Origin: a virus
IMG/VR virus record: IMGVR_UViG_3300009104_000002
Coordinates: 32,001-96,000 of that record
Direction: 5' to 3' (one strand)
DNA length: 64,000 bases
The notes below the pieces were generated by a model. It was not told where the DNA came from and ran no database searches. It saw nothing but the letters and a program-made list of their open reading frames with translations. Both the position numbers and the translations under genes were made by a program. This document shows, one piece after another, positions 34,879-45,007 of the stretch; positions within the stretch are counted from its first letter, which is position 1; every line of letters begins with the position of its first letter.

Positions 34879-35874
34879 CTATCTCTCTTTTGCTGTACCC
34901 ATGAAGGCTTTTATTGCTGAAACATCTTGGAGAGGGTCGTCTTCGTATTTTTCAATTCCCAGCGAATCCGCGAATCGGGCATGCCACTTTTTAAGGTGTT
35001 TAATCGCTCCGAGCAACAAGACGTCCCGCAGATGCGGCAGAGCCTTGTCGGGATCCCTGAACCAACTATTCAGGTTCCTGCCCATTCCGACACCGCGATA
35101 TGGCGCCTTTCTCATTTCCTTTGGCCACACAAAGTTTCCGCTGGCCAATTCAGACTCGATATTATCAATATCCATAACGTGGCCTTGAAGTACCGGAATG
35201 AGATCTTCTATTTCTTTCATTCGGCGCAGTCTCGCTCTCTTTGTTTTGAGGTGCTTCAAGCCTGTTTTGCCGTTGCCGCCGAGCCTCAAATCACGAGATA
35301 ACCTATAATCTGCATACATTCTCTGGATTTTTTCCACAGAAACATCTGCGTCTTCCCTTCTTTTATAGAAAAGATCTATGAAGCCTTCATTGATTTCTTT
35401 TCCTATGCGATGTCTCCAACGGCCTTTGCCGTCTTCGTCTTCTGTTTCAACTCTTTTTTTGTTTGGAAATCTTTCCCAAGTTTTTGCCCCATCTGTAGTC
35501 TGCGCTTTATCGCTATACAGGACACCGTATCTATCTATCAGCCATTGGTAAAGTTGGCTTGCATAAGGCTTTTTAACACTTTTTCTTACATTACCAACAG
35601 CGTAGCCCTCTCTGAATGGAGCGGTGGCGACATAGGCAACTGGGATCCCTTCTTTATTGACAACAAAATGAAACTCATCGCCCTTGGAGAGTCCGTAAGT
35701 AATAATAGTGTGGCCTTCCCAGCTTTCTTCACCCTTCTTTTCGCCTCTATCAAACTTTGGACTGGCATAAAACCAGTCAATGCTTTGTTGGATTTGTTCT
35801 GGTGTGGTGGCAATATCGTCAAAGGCTTCTACCTCTTTGATATATTCTCGCCAGTTTTCCATCAGGAGTTTCAT
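34879..35874 (-). CDS. Hypothetical (putative virion-internal) protein
   Basis: Starts MKLLMENWREY; ATGA-coupled to the upstream gene. Confidence 0.7.
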   Translation of the reverse strand: MKLLMENWREYIKEVEAFDDIATTPEQIQQSIDWFYASPKFDRGEKKGEESWEGHTIITYGLSKGDEFHFVVNKEGIPVAYVATAPFREGYAVGNVRKSVKKPYASQLYQWLIDRYGVLYSDKAQTTDGAKTWERFPNKKRVETEDEDGKGRWRHRIGKEINEGFIDLFYKRREDADVSVEKIQRMYADYRLSRDLRLGGNGKTGLKHLKTKRARLRRMKEIEDLIPVLQGHVMDIDNIESELASGNFVWPKEMRKAPYRGVGMGRNLNSWFRDPDKALPHLRDVLLLGAIKHLKKWHARFADSLGIEKYEDDPLQDVSAIKAFMGTAKER

Positions 35875-38045
35875 TTGCCTGCCCACCTTTTCCACCCTTC
35901 GCAAAGTTTACTATAAGAGGCATTTTCAGAAACCTGCCCTTCTGAGTCTTGTGCTCCAAATCCCAACTTTCGACCTGCCTCAAATTTGCCGGGGTTGGCG
36001 CGCCCTTGGTGAACGCGGGTTTTGTGGGCCGTTTTTAAGATAAACTCCGCAACTGCGTCGTAGAAGGTGTCTAAATTTTCATCAAGCCAGTCGGTATATG
36101 CCAGGCCCCGCTCATCGTCCATGGGTACCCTAGAAAATATAACTGCGGCGCCGAGTTCTCCGCCATTCTCTAGGTCAACAAGATATTCTGTGAATTCCAG
36201 CTGGACTTGATCTTTATAATCACCGTATAAATGAATCTCCGTCAACGAGAATTCAGATTGTTTTTGCATTTCCTTGGATCGGTCGTAAGCTAGTGGCCAA
36301 GTTTTATCAAAGGCATATTTGAGTGCTTGGCCCTTAACGCTGAGCGTGTTGAGATATCCAACGGTGTCTTTGAAATATTGGTCCCTCTCTGGAGAAGGGG
36401 TGTGAATTTGGCCGCCGGACCTGGGTTCAACTCGCCTGAGTTCTGGGCCACCGAGGGTTCTGAAGAGTGGCATTTGCACCACATATTCTTCTTTCTGGTA
36501 AAACTTTAATTTTCCTTTCTCGAATATCACGCCAAAATTCTCAAACTTGTTGAGATACTTCTTTCTGAATTGCTCCACCTTCCTGTCGTGTTCTTCGGAT
36601 GTTGTTATGCCTGCTTCGCGCATCGCTTCCAGAGCCTCTTTCAAAATAGTATCATATGCATCTTCAACCGTCTGCATGCTTTCCAAGAAGGATTCAAACC
36701 CCTCTAGAGAGGTGTTTTCACCAGGGTCCGGACGAAATACAAATCGAATACTCTCCTCACTCGAAATGGCTTCGGACTCATCTGGATATATATAATTATC
36801 ATCGGCAACTGATATGAAAATTTCTAGGATGTCATCCTTCCAATGGCCGAAACCCTGTTCGCCGCCCAGCTCGTCCACGGCGTATTTAAATTCTGGGAGT
36901 TCCCAATGTGCTCCGCCATCCCACCACATACCCTCTCCGTAATCCTCAAGAGTTACATAAACATTTGAAAAGTCCTGCGCGTTCAGCAGATCCTCATAGG
37001 CCTGCGGGTCTGGGCCGGCTGGATTTTCCTTGTTGTGTTCAGCTGATAATTGAAAAATGTCGGTGGCCTGATCCTGAAATATTTCAGCGAGTTCTTGCGC
37101 GACGTCGTCGGGGGGCTCGGTGTCGCGGCCCAAGTTGGATGCGAGCTTTTTGAGATTATCTGTTAAATTTTCTTTTTCCGGGTCGGAGTAGAATGTTTCC
37201 CACTCCATATAAACCTTCTCATAATCAGAAAACCATGCGGCGATAATATTTTTTGTAACGTACCTGAGAAATGAATCTTCTCTGACTTCATTATTTGGTC
37301 TATTCCAAATCTCCTCTGGAGCGTCATAATCCCAGTCCCTCTCATATACCAGAGCAACCTTTTTGCCATCAGTATCTTCATCAAGATTTTTCATATTGAC
37401 TATATAAAAAGTTTTCCCGTCATCGGTGTATGATCGAAAATAATTCTGCCCCTTTGTTTTTGCAATGCACCACGGACCATACTTGGGTGTTCCAGTCCCC
37501 TGGCCATAGTAACAGGCCGCCTCCGTCGTATCGGGCCTCATCACCAAAAAATTATCATCCTCTCCTATTTTCGTTGATCCCTCCTGGGCACGCTCTCTCC
37601 TTTTTTGTCTTTTTCGCCTATCGCTCATCCCAAGATCCCTAATCGCCGCCGCAATATCATCGGCGGTTTTGTAGGTGTTGATATCTTTACTCTTCAATCT
37701 TTGAGAATTTGCATGGAATTTCCCTATAGCATCGGCTATGGCCCTGTATGCCTCGTATGACGCTTGGGCGACGACGACTTCGTCGTCTGGATGTAGGTGC
37801 CCACCACGGGCATCGCTTTGGGCTTGGGCTTTCTCGCGATATGGTTCTGTTATTTTCGCAAATTGCTTAATGGCCCACATTAAGTATTTATTATTTCCGG
37901 AAGGATCTCGTTCGGACATACGATCAATCCAATTAGGATCAATATGTTTGAACCTCTTTTTAACGTCCTCAAGGCGCCCCTCTGCAAGCAGCCGCCCTTC
38001 ATTTAGGGTGGTCCAGCGGCGCAAGCCTTCAAAAAATTGCTTCAT
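35871..38045 (-). CDS. Large hypothetical protein with PcfJ-like segment
   Basis: DPSGNNKYLMW; P.TTEAACYYG...WCI motif. Confidence 0.75.
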   Translation of the reverse strand: MKQFFEGLRRWTTLNEGRLLAEGRLEDVKKRFKHIDPNWIDRMSERDPSGNNKYLMWAIKQFAKITEPYREKAQAQSDARGGHLHPDDEVVVAQASYEAYRAIADAIGKFHANSQRLKSKDINTYKTADDIAAAIRDLGMSDRRKRQKRRERAQEGSTKIGEDDNFLVMRPDTTEAACYYGQGTGTPKYGPWCIAKTKGQNYFRSYTDDGKTFYIVNMKNLDEDTDGKKVALVYERDWDYDAPEEIWNRPNNEVREDSFLRYVTKNIIAAWFSDYEKVYMEWETFYSDPEKENLTDNLKKLASNLGRDTEPPDDVAQELAEIFQDQATDIFQLSAEHNKENPAGPDPQAYEDLLNAQDFSNVYVTLEDYGEGMWWDGGAHWELPEFKYAVDELGGEQGFGHWKDDILEIFISVADDNYIYPDESEAISSEESIRFVFRPDPGENTSLEGFESFLESMQTVEDAYDTILKEALEAMREAGITTSEEHDRKVEQFRKKYLNKFENFGVIFEKGKLKFYQKEEYVVQMPLFRTLGGPELRRVEPRSGGQIHTPSPERDQYFKDTVGYLNTLSVKGQALKYAFDKTWPLAYDRSKEMQKQSEFSLTEIHLYGDYKDQVQLEFTEYLVDLENGGELGAAVIFSRVPMDDERGLAYTDWLDENLDTFYDAVAEFILKTAHKTRVHQGRANPGKFEAGRKLGFGAQDSEGQVSENASYSKLCEGWKRWAGK

Positions 38046-38239
38046 TTTCTATTCTCCGGCAGCTTTGATTCTAAAAATTTAATCAGGGACCTCACATCGG
38101 ATCCGAGAGGCGGACGGATGGCCGGGAACACAGAGTGCAAGAACTGACCGAAGGAAGCCAAGAATAAGACAGACCCCATCTCAAAGGCATGGCGGAAATG
38201 CTCAAAATATCCCTCGTTAACGTCTCTTAGGTGACCCAT
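38042..38239 (-). CDS. Small His-rich membrane-associated protein
   Basis: HL..V.E.YFEH...A...L..H..FP pattern; late motif at 38245. Confidence 0.6.
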   Translation of the reverse strand: MGHLRDVNEGYFEHFRHAFEMGSVLFLASFGQFLHSVFPAIRPPLGSDVRSLIKFLESKLPENRK

Positions 38240-38244
38240 CGTTA

Positions 38245-38254
38245 TATAATTAGT
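38245..38254 (-). promoter_or_regulatory. Putative late promoter motif ACTAATTATA
   Basis: Consensus match. Confidence 0.55.
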
Positions 38255-39131
38255 TATTTTTATACAATAACTCCGTAATTTTTGAACAATAAGATTGAGG
38301 ATCGCAAGAAAATAATTTAATAATTTCTTCAGGCGATTCGTGCCTGAATTCGAATCTTTTATCTTTTTTATAAAAGTTCTTGACATCTTTAAATATTTGT
38401 CTTTCTGCTGCCTCTATCTTGGGAGAATAATATCTGTAAATATTGGGATTATAAGTATCTCTGCCGTTGCGAGCACCCCTTATTCCAGCGTCTTTCATCA
38501 TCTGCGTAATCTTAAACTTGGCCATCGTGTCCGAATAATCAAAATCATCTAATTGATCCTGTTCTAAACAAGATATCGCCACGAGATCCTTTCTAATTCT
38601 TTCTGACGTTTGATTTCCAAATCTATCTGACGGGTAGAAAATAACTTTCTGAATGAAGTCGTCTTCGGTCTCCAGCGAATTATGATTATGCTCCATACCG
38701 GATCGAACATGAAACCAATCAATAACTCTGCATTTTCCAACTTCCTGGCCCCTTGTGGGTGGCAAGCCTCGAATGTCCCTGTCGTCGAAAACAACCAACT
38801 TGTCAAATTCAAACCGACCCAGCCTAGAATTGCCGGTAACTGCCTTAAGCTTGTTGTCTTGTATACTAATAGACTCTGTTTTATCCGACATCGGCAACTG
38901 ACCACCCAGAGAGAGGGAGGTTATAAGCCTTTGCCAGATGACTAGTCTATTCGGCTCCTCAACTCCGAGGAACGAGAAGTCGTACCCCCCATCAAATACA
39001 TCAAACCCAAAGGGAACGCTGGACTTAGAAAAAATACAAGGCAAATTGTTATAATAAGAGTATAAAAGAGCACTCAGTCCTCCGCCGATGACAATAATTT
39101 CCTTTTTATAAATATGCTTATTGAGTTTCAT
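38250..39131 (-). CDS. Rossmann-fold (FAD/NAD-binding-like) protein
   Basis: IIVIGGGLSAL. Confidence 0.7.
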   Translation of the reverse strand: MKLNKHIYKKEIIVIGGGLSALLYSYYNNLPCIFSKSSVPFGFDVFDGGYDFSFLGVEEPNRLVIWQRLITSLSLGGQLPMSDKTESISIQDNKLKAVTGNSRLGRFEFDKLVVFDDRDIRGLPPTRGQEVGKCRVIDWFHVRSGMEHNHNSLETEDDFIQKVIFYPSDRFGNQTSERIRKDLVAISCLEQDQLDDFDYSDTMAKFKITQMMKDAGIRGARNGRDTYNPNIYRYYSPKIEAAERQIFKDVKNFYKKDKRFEFRHESPEEIIKLFSCDPQSYCSKITELLYKNN

Positions 39132-39309
39132 CTTCCTGATTCAAGAGTCGGATGTGGCGATCAATAAAAAATCTTGCCTTTCTCAAATCATCAATTGGTT
39201 TTTCACTACCTTCCTTATATTTCACAATATATTTCAAAGCGTGGCCCAAATTATATCCAAGATCCCAAGATTTTATTATTTTATTAACTTCATAAGCATC
39301 ATCGCTCAT
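39118..39309 (-). CDS. DUF3310/SaV-like small protein
   Basis: YNLGHALKY...DDLRKARFF. Confidence 0.7.
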   Translation of the reverse strand: MSDDAYEVNKIIKSWDLGYNLGHALKYIVKYKEGSEKPIDDLRKARFFIDRHIRLLNQEDETQ

Positions 39310-39454
39310 CTATCTTTTTTCCCAACATCTTATTGAGTTTTCTTTCCAGAATAATTTGTCTGTTTTTATTAACCGGTGACTCCAGAAGTTCTTCCCTCTC
39401 GATAAGTTCTTCACTGATCAATTCCTTAATTAAATTTAAAAAGTTTCTATTCAT
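39299..39454 (-). CDS. Small hypothetical protein (51 aa, not in the ORF track)
   Basis: AGGAG RBS, MNRNFLNLIKELISEEL. Confidence 0.55.
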   Translation of the reverse strand: MNRNFLNLIKELISEELIEREELLESPVNKNRQIILERKLNKMLGKKIDER

Positions 39455-39466
39455 ATTAAAGTTCTC

Positions 39467-39733
39467 CTAATCTAAAATCGCAAGAATATGATTTTCTAAT
39501 ACTAAATAGACTACTTCATTGTCAAATTCCACTTCTTCGATCATATGTGTTAAAACGATTGCCGAATTCCCAACCGAAATAGGAGGGCGGACGTCTGGTG
39601 CCGCAGCAAAAATTTCTACTTTTGAATATTTACTTTCGGGCCTGAAGGACCCCTCCGGCAGCGCGATTAAACTTTCGCTTTTATCCGCTTTCGGCTTTGA
39701 AATTAAAACATATCTGTTACATGGTCTCATCAT
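39467..39733 (-). CDS. groES: GroES-like co-chaperonin
   Basis: MRPCNRYVLI...IALP...VEI.AA...VG...EVEF...YLVLE.HILAI aligns with GroES. Confidence 0.75.
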   Translation of the reverse strand: MMRPCNRYVLISKPKADKSESLIALPEGSFRPESKYSKVEIFAAAPDVRPPISVGNSAIVLTHMIEEVEFDNEVVYLVLENHILAILD

Positions 39734-39737
39734 ATTA

Positions 39738-41987
39738 TTATTCCTTTATGTCGATTTGTTGTTCTTTATTTTCCCTTAGGGCATTTAAATATTCAATGGG
39801 GATTTCACATGTACCACCAGCACATGCAGAATCTTGTGCAAAGTCAATATTATCTTCTTCTTCACACATTGATGTCCAATCAATATCTTTATATTCCTGA
39901 GAAAGTTTTTCCCAAAGTTTTAAATTATATATGTCCTTTAGACAATATGTCATTATCCTGACATTTCCGTTAAAATGGCTATCGGCGAATTTGATGGCAG
40001 AAGTTGCCCAACTGCGCTTGATTGGAGTAACTTTATCAAGTGGCTCTCCTATTCCAAGCAAGCAATCGCTGGCCGCCCACAAATCACCAGAAAATGCAAA
40101 AAGCGCGGACTCTATTATTCCAGAAGCGAAAAAGGAACCGGCGCCATACTCCCTCAAGATGTCCGCAGGATATGGAACGGCACAAAACGGAGCTTGGGGA
40201 TAGTCTTTATCTCCAGAATTTGGAATTAAAGAAATTCCTGCAAAGTATTTCCTATTCTTATAAATGTAATCGGCTATCTCAGCCCACTCATTTTCTCGGA
40301 CGTGAATAGTATTAGAAACATTATGACTTAACCACGGCTGAGCACACAAATCTTTATTTGTTCCATAGCGAACCCAATTCTGCTGTGTTAATTTCACGCT
40401 TTCCAACAATCTTGATGCATCAATTTGATTCTTGGTCTTAGCGCCGACTGGCACCTCACAGAGAAAAGTAATAACTTCTGTTACTCCATTCGGATCCCAG
40501 ACGGACTTCTCAACTGCGCGCGGATTAAATTTTTTAAAGTGCTGAACTGGGTTTTCCTGTACGTTTGCCTGCACTCGGCGAAAGTATCTCTTAGCGTGGT
40601 GCGGGTGAATTCCCGAAGCGGTTCCAAGAATACAACTAGTTGAGCCGGCGGGTTTTACGCACGTCGTTCGCGCTGCCTGATTAATTCCAATCATAGAAGC
40701 AATTTCTTTATTAATATCCTTGACAATCTTTGCGCCAGCTCTTTGAACTTGCGGATTAAACAAGACTTCTGGGTTATCCATCATACCAGTGATTGAAACC
40801 CCAAGGAGTGATTCCCGTCTTGTAATCTTTTCGGTTGTTTCCCCCAGGTAGGGGAAATCCGTATATGCTGATTGAAGCGTGCCAATAATTGCTGCAGCGC
40901 GGCAAGCGCTGTGGAAACTTTCTGGAGTTTTTGCTTTCTTGCCATTGATTTCTGTCAAATTGCAAAATTGCCAACCGGACTTGCCAGTCTCAATATCTAC
41001 GGGATATAGACCAATCTCAACACAAGGATTAAAGCCCATCTCTGTACTGTCGGCCCATACAAATCCTGGCTCTCCGAACTCACGCACCCAGCCCATTAGT
41101 CGGTTGAATGTCTCTTTCGAGGTTTTGTCGCGAATGAGGAGAGCACTATTGTTTGAGCGGCCGCGCTGGGGGTTTTCCACGAACCAATTGCCAGTCTTGG
41201 CGGTAGCCATTTCTTTATCGTCCGGGGAAAAGAGGGCTATTGTTGCGGAGCGGCGGACTCCGCCGGAGATTACTGCATCGGCAGCGTGCATAATAATATC
41301 ATAAACATCAACAGGCTCAAGGCGTGTGCGGCTTGAGACTCCGAGCCTCTTTTCAAAAACTTCTCTAATTTTTTCAATGGACCTCTCTAGGCCCGCAGGG
41401 CCTGGAGCTTTTGATCCGGAACTGAGGGGGGATCCCGCAGGTCGAATTTTTGAATAATCAAAAACCACCCTAAAGCCGATATAATCATCAAAATCGGCAT
41501 TGCCTCCAAGATAACTCGTAACTAGCACACCAATTGCATCAGCCCACCCCTCAATCGTGTCGGGAACCACAAAAATCTTACTGATTTCCTCTTCTGGGCG
41601 TGCAGCAAGAGGAATGGATGCCACATGATGTTTCTGAACTGAAAAGCCCACCCCACAGCCGCACAGAAGAAGATACATAAGCTCTTGAAATGATCTCGTT
41701 CGATTAATATGGCCAAAGGCACAATTATAAACGCGTGCGTTATGCTTAAAAATTGGGCGGCCGCCAAACTGCAAAATTCTTTGCGATCCAAGGACCTCTT
41801 TCTTTTGTACCGCTAATTCTGCCTCTTCAATAAAAGATAAAATTTCCTCATTATCCTTAAATTTTTCCCTATGCATGTTGAATACACGAGTAACCTGTTC
41901 TTTCCAGGTTTCGCGCCTCTTGTTCTCTGGCAAATATTTAGCATATTTTGCTATCCTAGTATAATCTTGAAGTGCACTTAACGACAT
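39738..41987 (-). CDS. nrdJ: Ribonucleotide reductase catalytic subunit (monomeric class II NrdJ-like; an NrdAk-type class I cannot be excluded)
   Basis: RRETW, NCAF, GGVRRSA, NPCVEI, TCVKPAGS, C-terminal CAGGTC; no beta subunit in the window. Confidence 0.85.
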   Translation of the reverse strand: MSLSALQDYTRIAKYAKYLPENKRRETWKEQVTRVFNMHREKFKDNEEILSFIEEAELAVQKKEVLGSQRILQFGGRPIFKHNARVYNCAFGHINRTRSFQELMYLLLCGCGVGFSVQKHHVASIPLAARPEEEISKIFVVPDTIEGWADAIGVLVTSYLGGNADFDDYIGFRVVFDYSKIRPAGSPLSSGSKAPGPAGLERSIEKIREVFEKRLGVSSRTRLEPVDVYDIIMHAADAVISGGVRRSATIALFSPDDKEMATAKTGNWFVENPQRGRSNNSALLIRDKTSKETFNRLMGWVREFGEPGFVWADSTEMGFNPCVEIGLYPVDIETGKSGWQFCNLTEINGKKAKTPESFHSACRAAAIIGTLQSAYTDFPYLGETTEKITRRESLLGVSITGMMDNPEVLFNPQVQRAGAKIVKDINKEIASMIGINQAARTTCVKPAGSTSCILGTASGIHPHHAKRYFRRVQANVQENPVQHFKKFNPRAVEKSVWDPNGVTEVITFLCEVPVGAKTKNQIDASRLLESVKLTQQNWVRYGTNKDLCAQPWLSHNVSNTIHVRENEWAEIADYIYKNRKYFAGISLIPNSGDKDYPQAPFCAVPYPADILREYGAGSFFASGIIESALFAFSGDLWAASDCLLGIGEPLDKVTPIKRSWATSAIKFADSHFNGNVRIMTYCLKDIYNLKLWEKLSQEYKDIDWTSMCEEEDNIDFAQDSACAGGTCEIPIEYLNALRENKEQQIDIKE

Positions 41988-43348
41988 TATTTTCTCCCCC
42001 CATCCTTTACTTTCTTATATAACGTTACTAATTTTTTCTCTTGTCTCTTCTTGGCTTCTTTTTTTACATCGCCGATGGTCTCCCCGGTAGATGTTTGAAC
42101 ATTAATTGTTACATTTCTGGTATCCATATAAATTGGATAAATTATACCATCAACACCATTCCTATTCTTAGCAACAAAAATACGTCCCGTGTTTGCCAAT
42201 TTATCTTCCGCCGTTCTGGATATTGAAAAAATAAAATCTGCAACAAAACATTTATTAAAAGCCTCCGATATTGATTCCATTGTAATAACTTCAGCATTTA
42301 ATCCAGAACGGTTCGTTTGAGATGCTGTCCAGACACAACAACCATGCGTCTGAGCAATTGCTCGAAGCTGTTCATAAATAGTCTCCAGCTCGTGTCTTTT
42401 CTCCCTTAATGTTGAAATTGGTCGTAATAAATCTCCGTAATCCACCAGAATCATATCGGGCTTGAATCCTCGGTTCACCAATTTTTCTAGATGATTCTTT
42501 AAGGTTTGGCAGCTAGCAGACTTGGTGGGATACTCTTTCACTATCAAGTTGCCCTCTATCATTTGAACTTTTTCATATATTTCTTCTTTAAATGCAGATA
42601 AATCATTGAGCGGAACATTTGTTATACAACTGTCAAAGCGTGACCCAACTACCGTTTCAGATAATTCTAGTGTATAATATACAACATTTTTTCCTGCCTT
42701 CATAGCTTGGGCGCCTATGTGAACGAGGGCCATACTTTTACCGGCGCCCGTTGGGGCAATGACCACCCCAAGTTCTCCCTGTCCCAAGCCCTGATGAGTT
42801 ATCGCATCTATTTCCGCCCAGCCGGTGGCGATTGGATTTCTAGCTTTAAAAATAAATCTCTGTTCAAAATCTTTTACATAATCGTGTCCGAAATTTGAAT
42901 CGGAACCAAGCTTGAGCGCCTCGTTTATAACCTGAGAAATCTCGTCAAAAGACGAGTTCTTTAATAGTTTTACAGATTTAAGCATTGCCTCTTTTAGCTT
43001 TTGTTTCCTACAAAAGTCTAAAGATGTTTCTATAATATATTCAGAATCTTCTATTGTAGTTTTAGATATTCTAGCAAAAAAATGCCTAATTTGTTGTTGG
43101 ACAGACTCATTTTCGTTGGTCAATTCCGTTCTCAATATAGAAGTCATAATTTTTTCTGTCGGATGGACAGAATATTTTTCTCTATATTCCTTAACTAGCT
43201 GGACAAAAACTTGAAGATATTTAAGCTCCAGAAAATTAATATTCAAAACCTCAAACATCTGATCTGCAAAGGGCCTATTGACCAAGATCAGATGACACAA
43301 GGTTTCCTGAAAGTCTTTGCCATATTGGCTAAAGTCTTCCTTAGGCAT
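41987..43348 (-). CDS. dnaB: DnaB-like (SF4) replicative helicase
   Basis: APTGAGKS, YTLE, VDYGD, TASQTNR, AKNRNG. Confidence 0.9.
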   Translation of the reverse strand: MPKEDFSQYGKDFQETLCHLILVNRPFADQMFEVLNINFLELKYLQVFVQLVKEYREKYSVHPTEKIMTSILRTELTNENESVQQQIRHFFARISKTTIEDSEYIIETSLDFCRKQKLKEAMLKSVKLLKNSSFDEISQVINEALKLGSDSNFGHDYVKDFEQRFIFKARNPIATGWAEIDAITHQGLGQGELGVVIAPTGAGKSMALVHIGAQAMKAGKNVVYYTLELSETVVGSRFDSCITNVPLNDLSAFKEEIYEKVQMIEGNLIVKEYPTKSASCQTLKNHLEKLVNRGFKPDMILVDYGDLLRPISTLREKRHELETIYEQLRAIAQTHGCCVWTASQTNRSGLNAEVITMESISEAFNKCFVADFIFSISRTAEDKLANTGRIFVAKNRNGVDGIIYPIYMDTRNVTINVQTSTGETIGDVKKEAKKRQEKKLVTLYKKVKDGGRK

Positions 43349-43368
43349 TTTTCCCCCTATCTATTCTT

Positions 43369-43397
43369 AATATAACATACGATGCCCGCGATGTCAA
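43369..43397 (-). promoter_or_regulatory. sigma70-type promoter (class B)
   Basis: TTGACA-17bp-TGT-TATATT. Confidence 0.75.
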
Positions 43398-44359
43398 GAC
43401 TTATTTGAAATTCTTTTGAATGTAGTAAACAAGTCTGACGTATCCCAATTTCCGAAACCGTCTTCCGCCATGCGCTTAATTACTTCCGTCTTGTTAAACT
43501 GTGGCTCAAAATTATCAAGAATGTATTTTATTCTGCTTTTATCATCGATTGACATTGTCGGCGAGTAAAGCTGCATAATTTTATAATTTTCCTTAATAAT
43601 ATCTTCTGCTTCACATATCGAAGAGAAGGCCTTTAGACCCGTATTATCATTTTCACAAAACTCAATAAGTTCTGGGATTGTTACTGATTCTTCGCCGGCA
43701 AAGAATGGTAATCTTTTTGAAATGGTACCCAGGCCGACGCCCCTGACCCCAGGGAGGTTGTCGGACTTATCTCCCGCCATAGCACGAGCTAAAGCAAAAT
43801 TCGTTGGGTGAATTTTAAACTCCTCCAGGATCCTCGGCTTGTTGATAAACTTCTTTTGTATGGGGCGATAAAGTACTGTTTCATCATCGCAAAGTTGAAA
43901 GAAGTCCTTGTCGCTCGAAACAATAATCTTTTCCCAGCCTGAATACTGCGGGGATTGAGCAACAAATGAGATGATGTCATCAGCCTCGACCCGATCAGCC
44001 ATCAATTGGATGACGGGCATGAAGTTAAGCATCTCCATTAAGCGATATTGTTGCCAAACCTTATTCTGCATCTCCTCATCTTTTGTCAACACTCGGACAT
44101 CGCGGTTGAGGCGAATAGGTTTTCGACCCTCCTTGTAGTTGGAGTTGACCTCTTTTCTGCGTAATGATCCGCCGGCGCCGTCCCAAGCGATGATAATCTC
44201 AGCCGGCTTCATTTCTCGACAAAGCTTTTGCAGGATTCCAAGAAATCCTTTATAGCCCCCGATTGGCTGGCCGTTCTTTGATAGACTCGGATTAACAATA
44301 TATGCTCGGAAATATGCGTTTAGAGCATCAACTATCAATAACCTCCTTGATTTAGTCAT
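43394..44359 (-). CDS. 5'-3' exonuclease/flap endonuclease (Pol I N-terminal / T4 RNase H-like)
   Basis: IVDA, WDG, RK..NSNYKEGR, EADDII, SSDKDFFQ, GDKSDNLPGV.GVG. Confidence 0.92.
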   Translation of the reverse strand: MTKSRRLLIVDALNAYFRAYIVNPSLSKNGQPIGGYKGFLGILQKLCREMKPAEIIIAWDGAGGSLRRKEVNSNYKEGRKPIRLNRDVRVLTKDEEMQNKVWQQYRLMEMLNFMPVIQLMADRVEADDIISFVAQSPQYSGWEKIIVSSDKDFFQLCDDETVLYRPIQKKFINKPRILEEFKIHPTNFALARAMAGDKSDNLPGVRGVGLGTISKRLPFFAGEESVTIPELIEFCENDNTGLKAFSSICEAEDIIKENYKIMQLYSPTMSIDDKSRIKYILDNFEPQFNKTEVIKRMAEDGFGNWDTSDLFTTFKRISNKS

Positions 44360-44987
44360 CGTCTGTGCTTTTTTCAGCGGCCCTGAACACCATTAAATTA
44401 TTATATTCTTCCATTATCTGCCCTTTTCTCTCATTTTCTGCTGTCATGTGCCAACTCCAAGCATATGTTTTTGTGATATCTTTTATTCTATGTTTTATTT
44501 TTTCAGCTTCTTTTTCAAATATTTGAATTTGATTTTCTGTCGGAGAACTTAATTCAAAGCCTAGATCCAACGCAATCTGTTGCAGTGCAAACAAATTGTC
44601 TTCCTGTGCTGCCTCCGACGCTTTTAAAAAGACCGATTTCCTATGCCTCTTTTCCTGCTTAGATAGATTAATTGACTTATCTGGATGAGTTACTGAAACC
44701 ACCTTTTTATATAATTCAGCCACTTCCTTGCTTATTTTCTTTTTATCTATTTTGAAAATTTCCTCGTTGTCTACTTGAGGTGCCTCCCCTTTCGTGGGGG
44801 GAGGCACCTCGGCGTCAGGAAACATAATTTTAAGAGTCTTATTCTCTTCTGAATATTTCAAAAACTCTTCTTGGAATTTTTGTGTTGCGTGATTTTGCAT
44901 GGTTTGGTGGTATTCCAAATCGGCATACAAAAATTTAAGCTCGAAAAGGAGCTTGTGATGCTTCATTTTTAAAATATCATCAGACAT
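44352..44987 (-). CDS. J-domain (DnaJ-like) protein
   Basis: ELYKKVVSVTHPDK...FLKASEA. Confidence 0.75.
   Translation of the reverse strand: MSDDILKMKHHKLLFELKFLYADLEYHQTMQNHATQKFQEEFLKYSEENKTLKIMFPDAEVPPPTKGEAPQVDNEEIFKIDKKKISKEVAELYKKVVSVTHPDKSINLSKQEKRHRKSVFLKASEAAQEDNLFALQQIALDLGFELSSPTENQIQIFEKEAEKIKHRIKDITKTYAWSWHMTAENERKGQIMEEYNNLMVFRAAEKSTDDD
44777..44810. repeat. Perfect 13-bp inverted repeat inside the J-domain gene
   Basis: GAGGTGCCTCCCC-N8-GGGGAGGCACCTC. Confidence 0.85.
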
Positions 44988-45007
44988 AATATAATATAGT
45001 TATGAAT

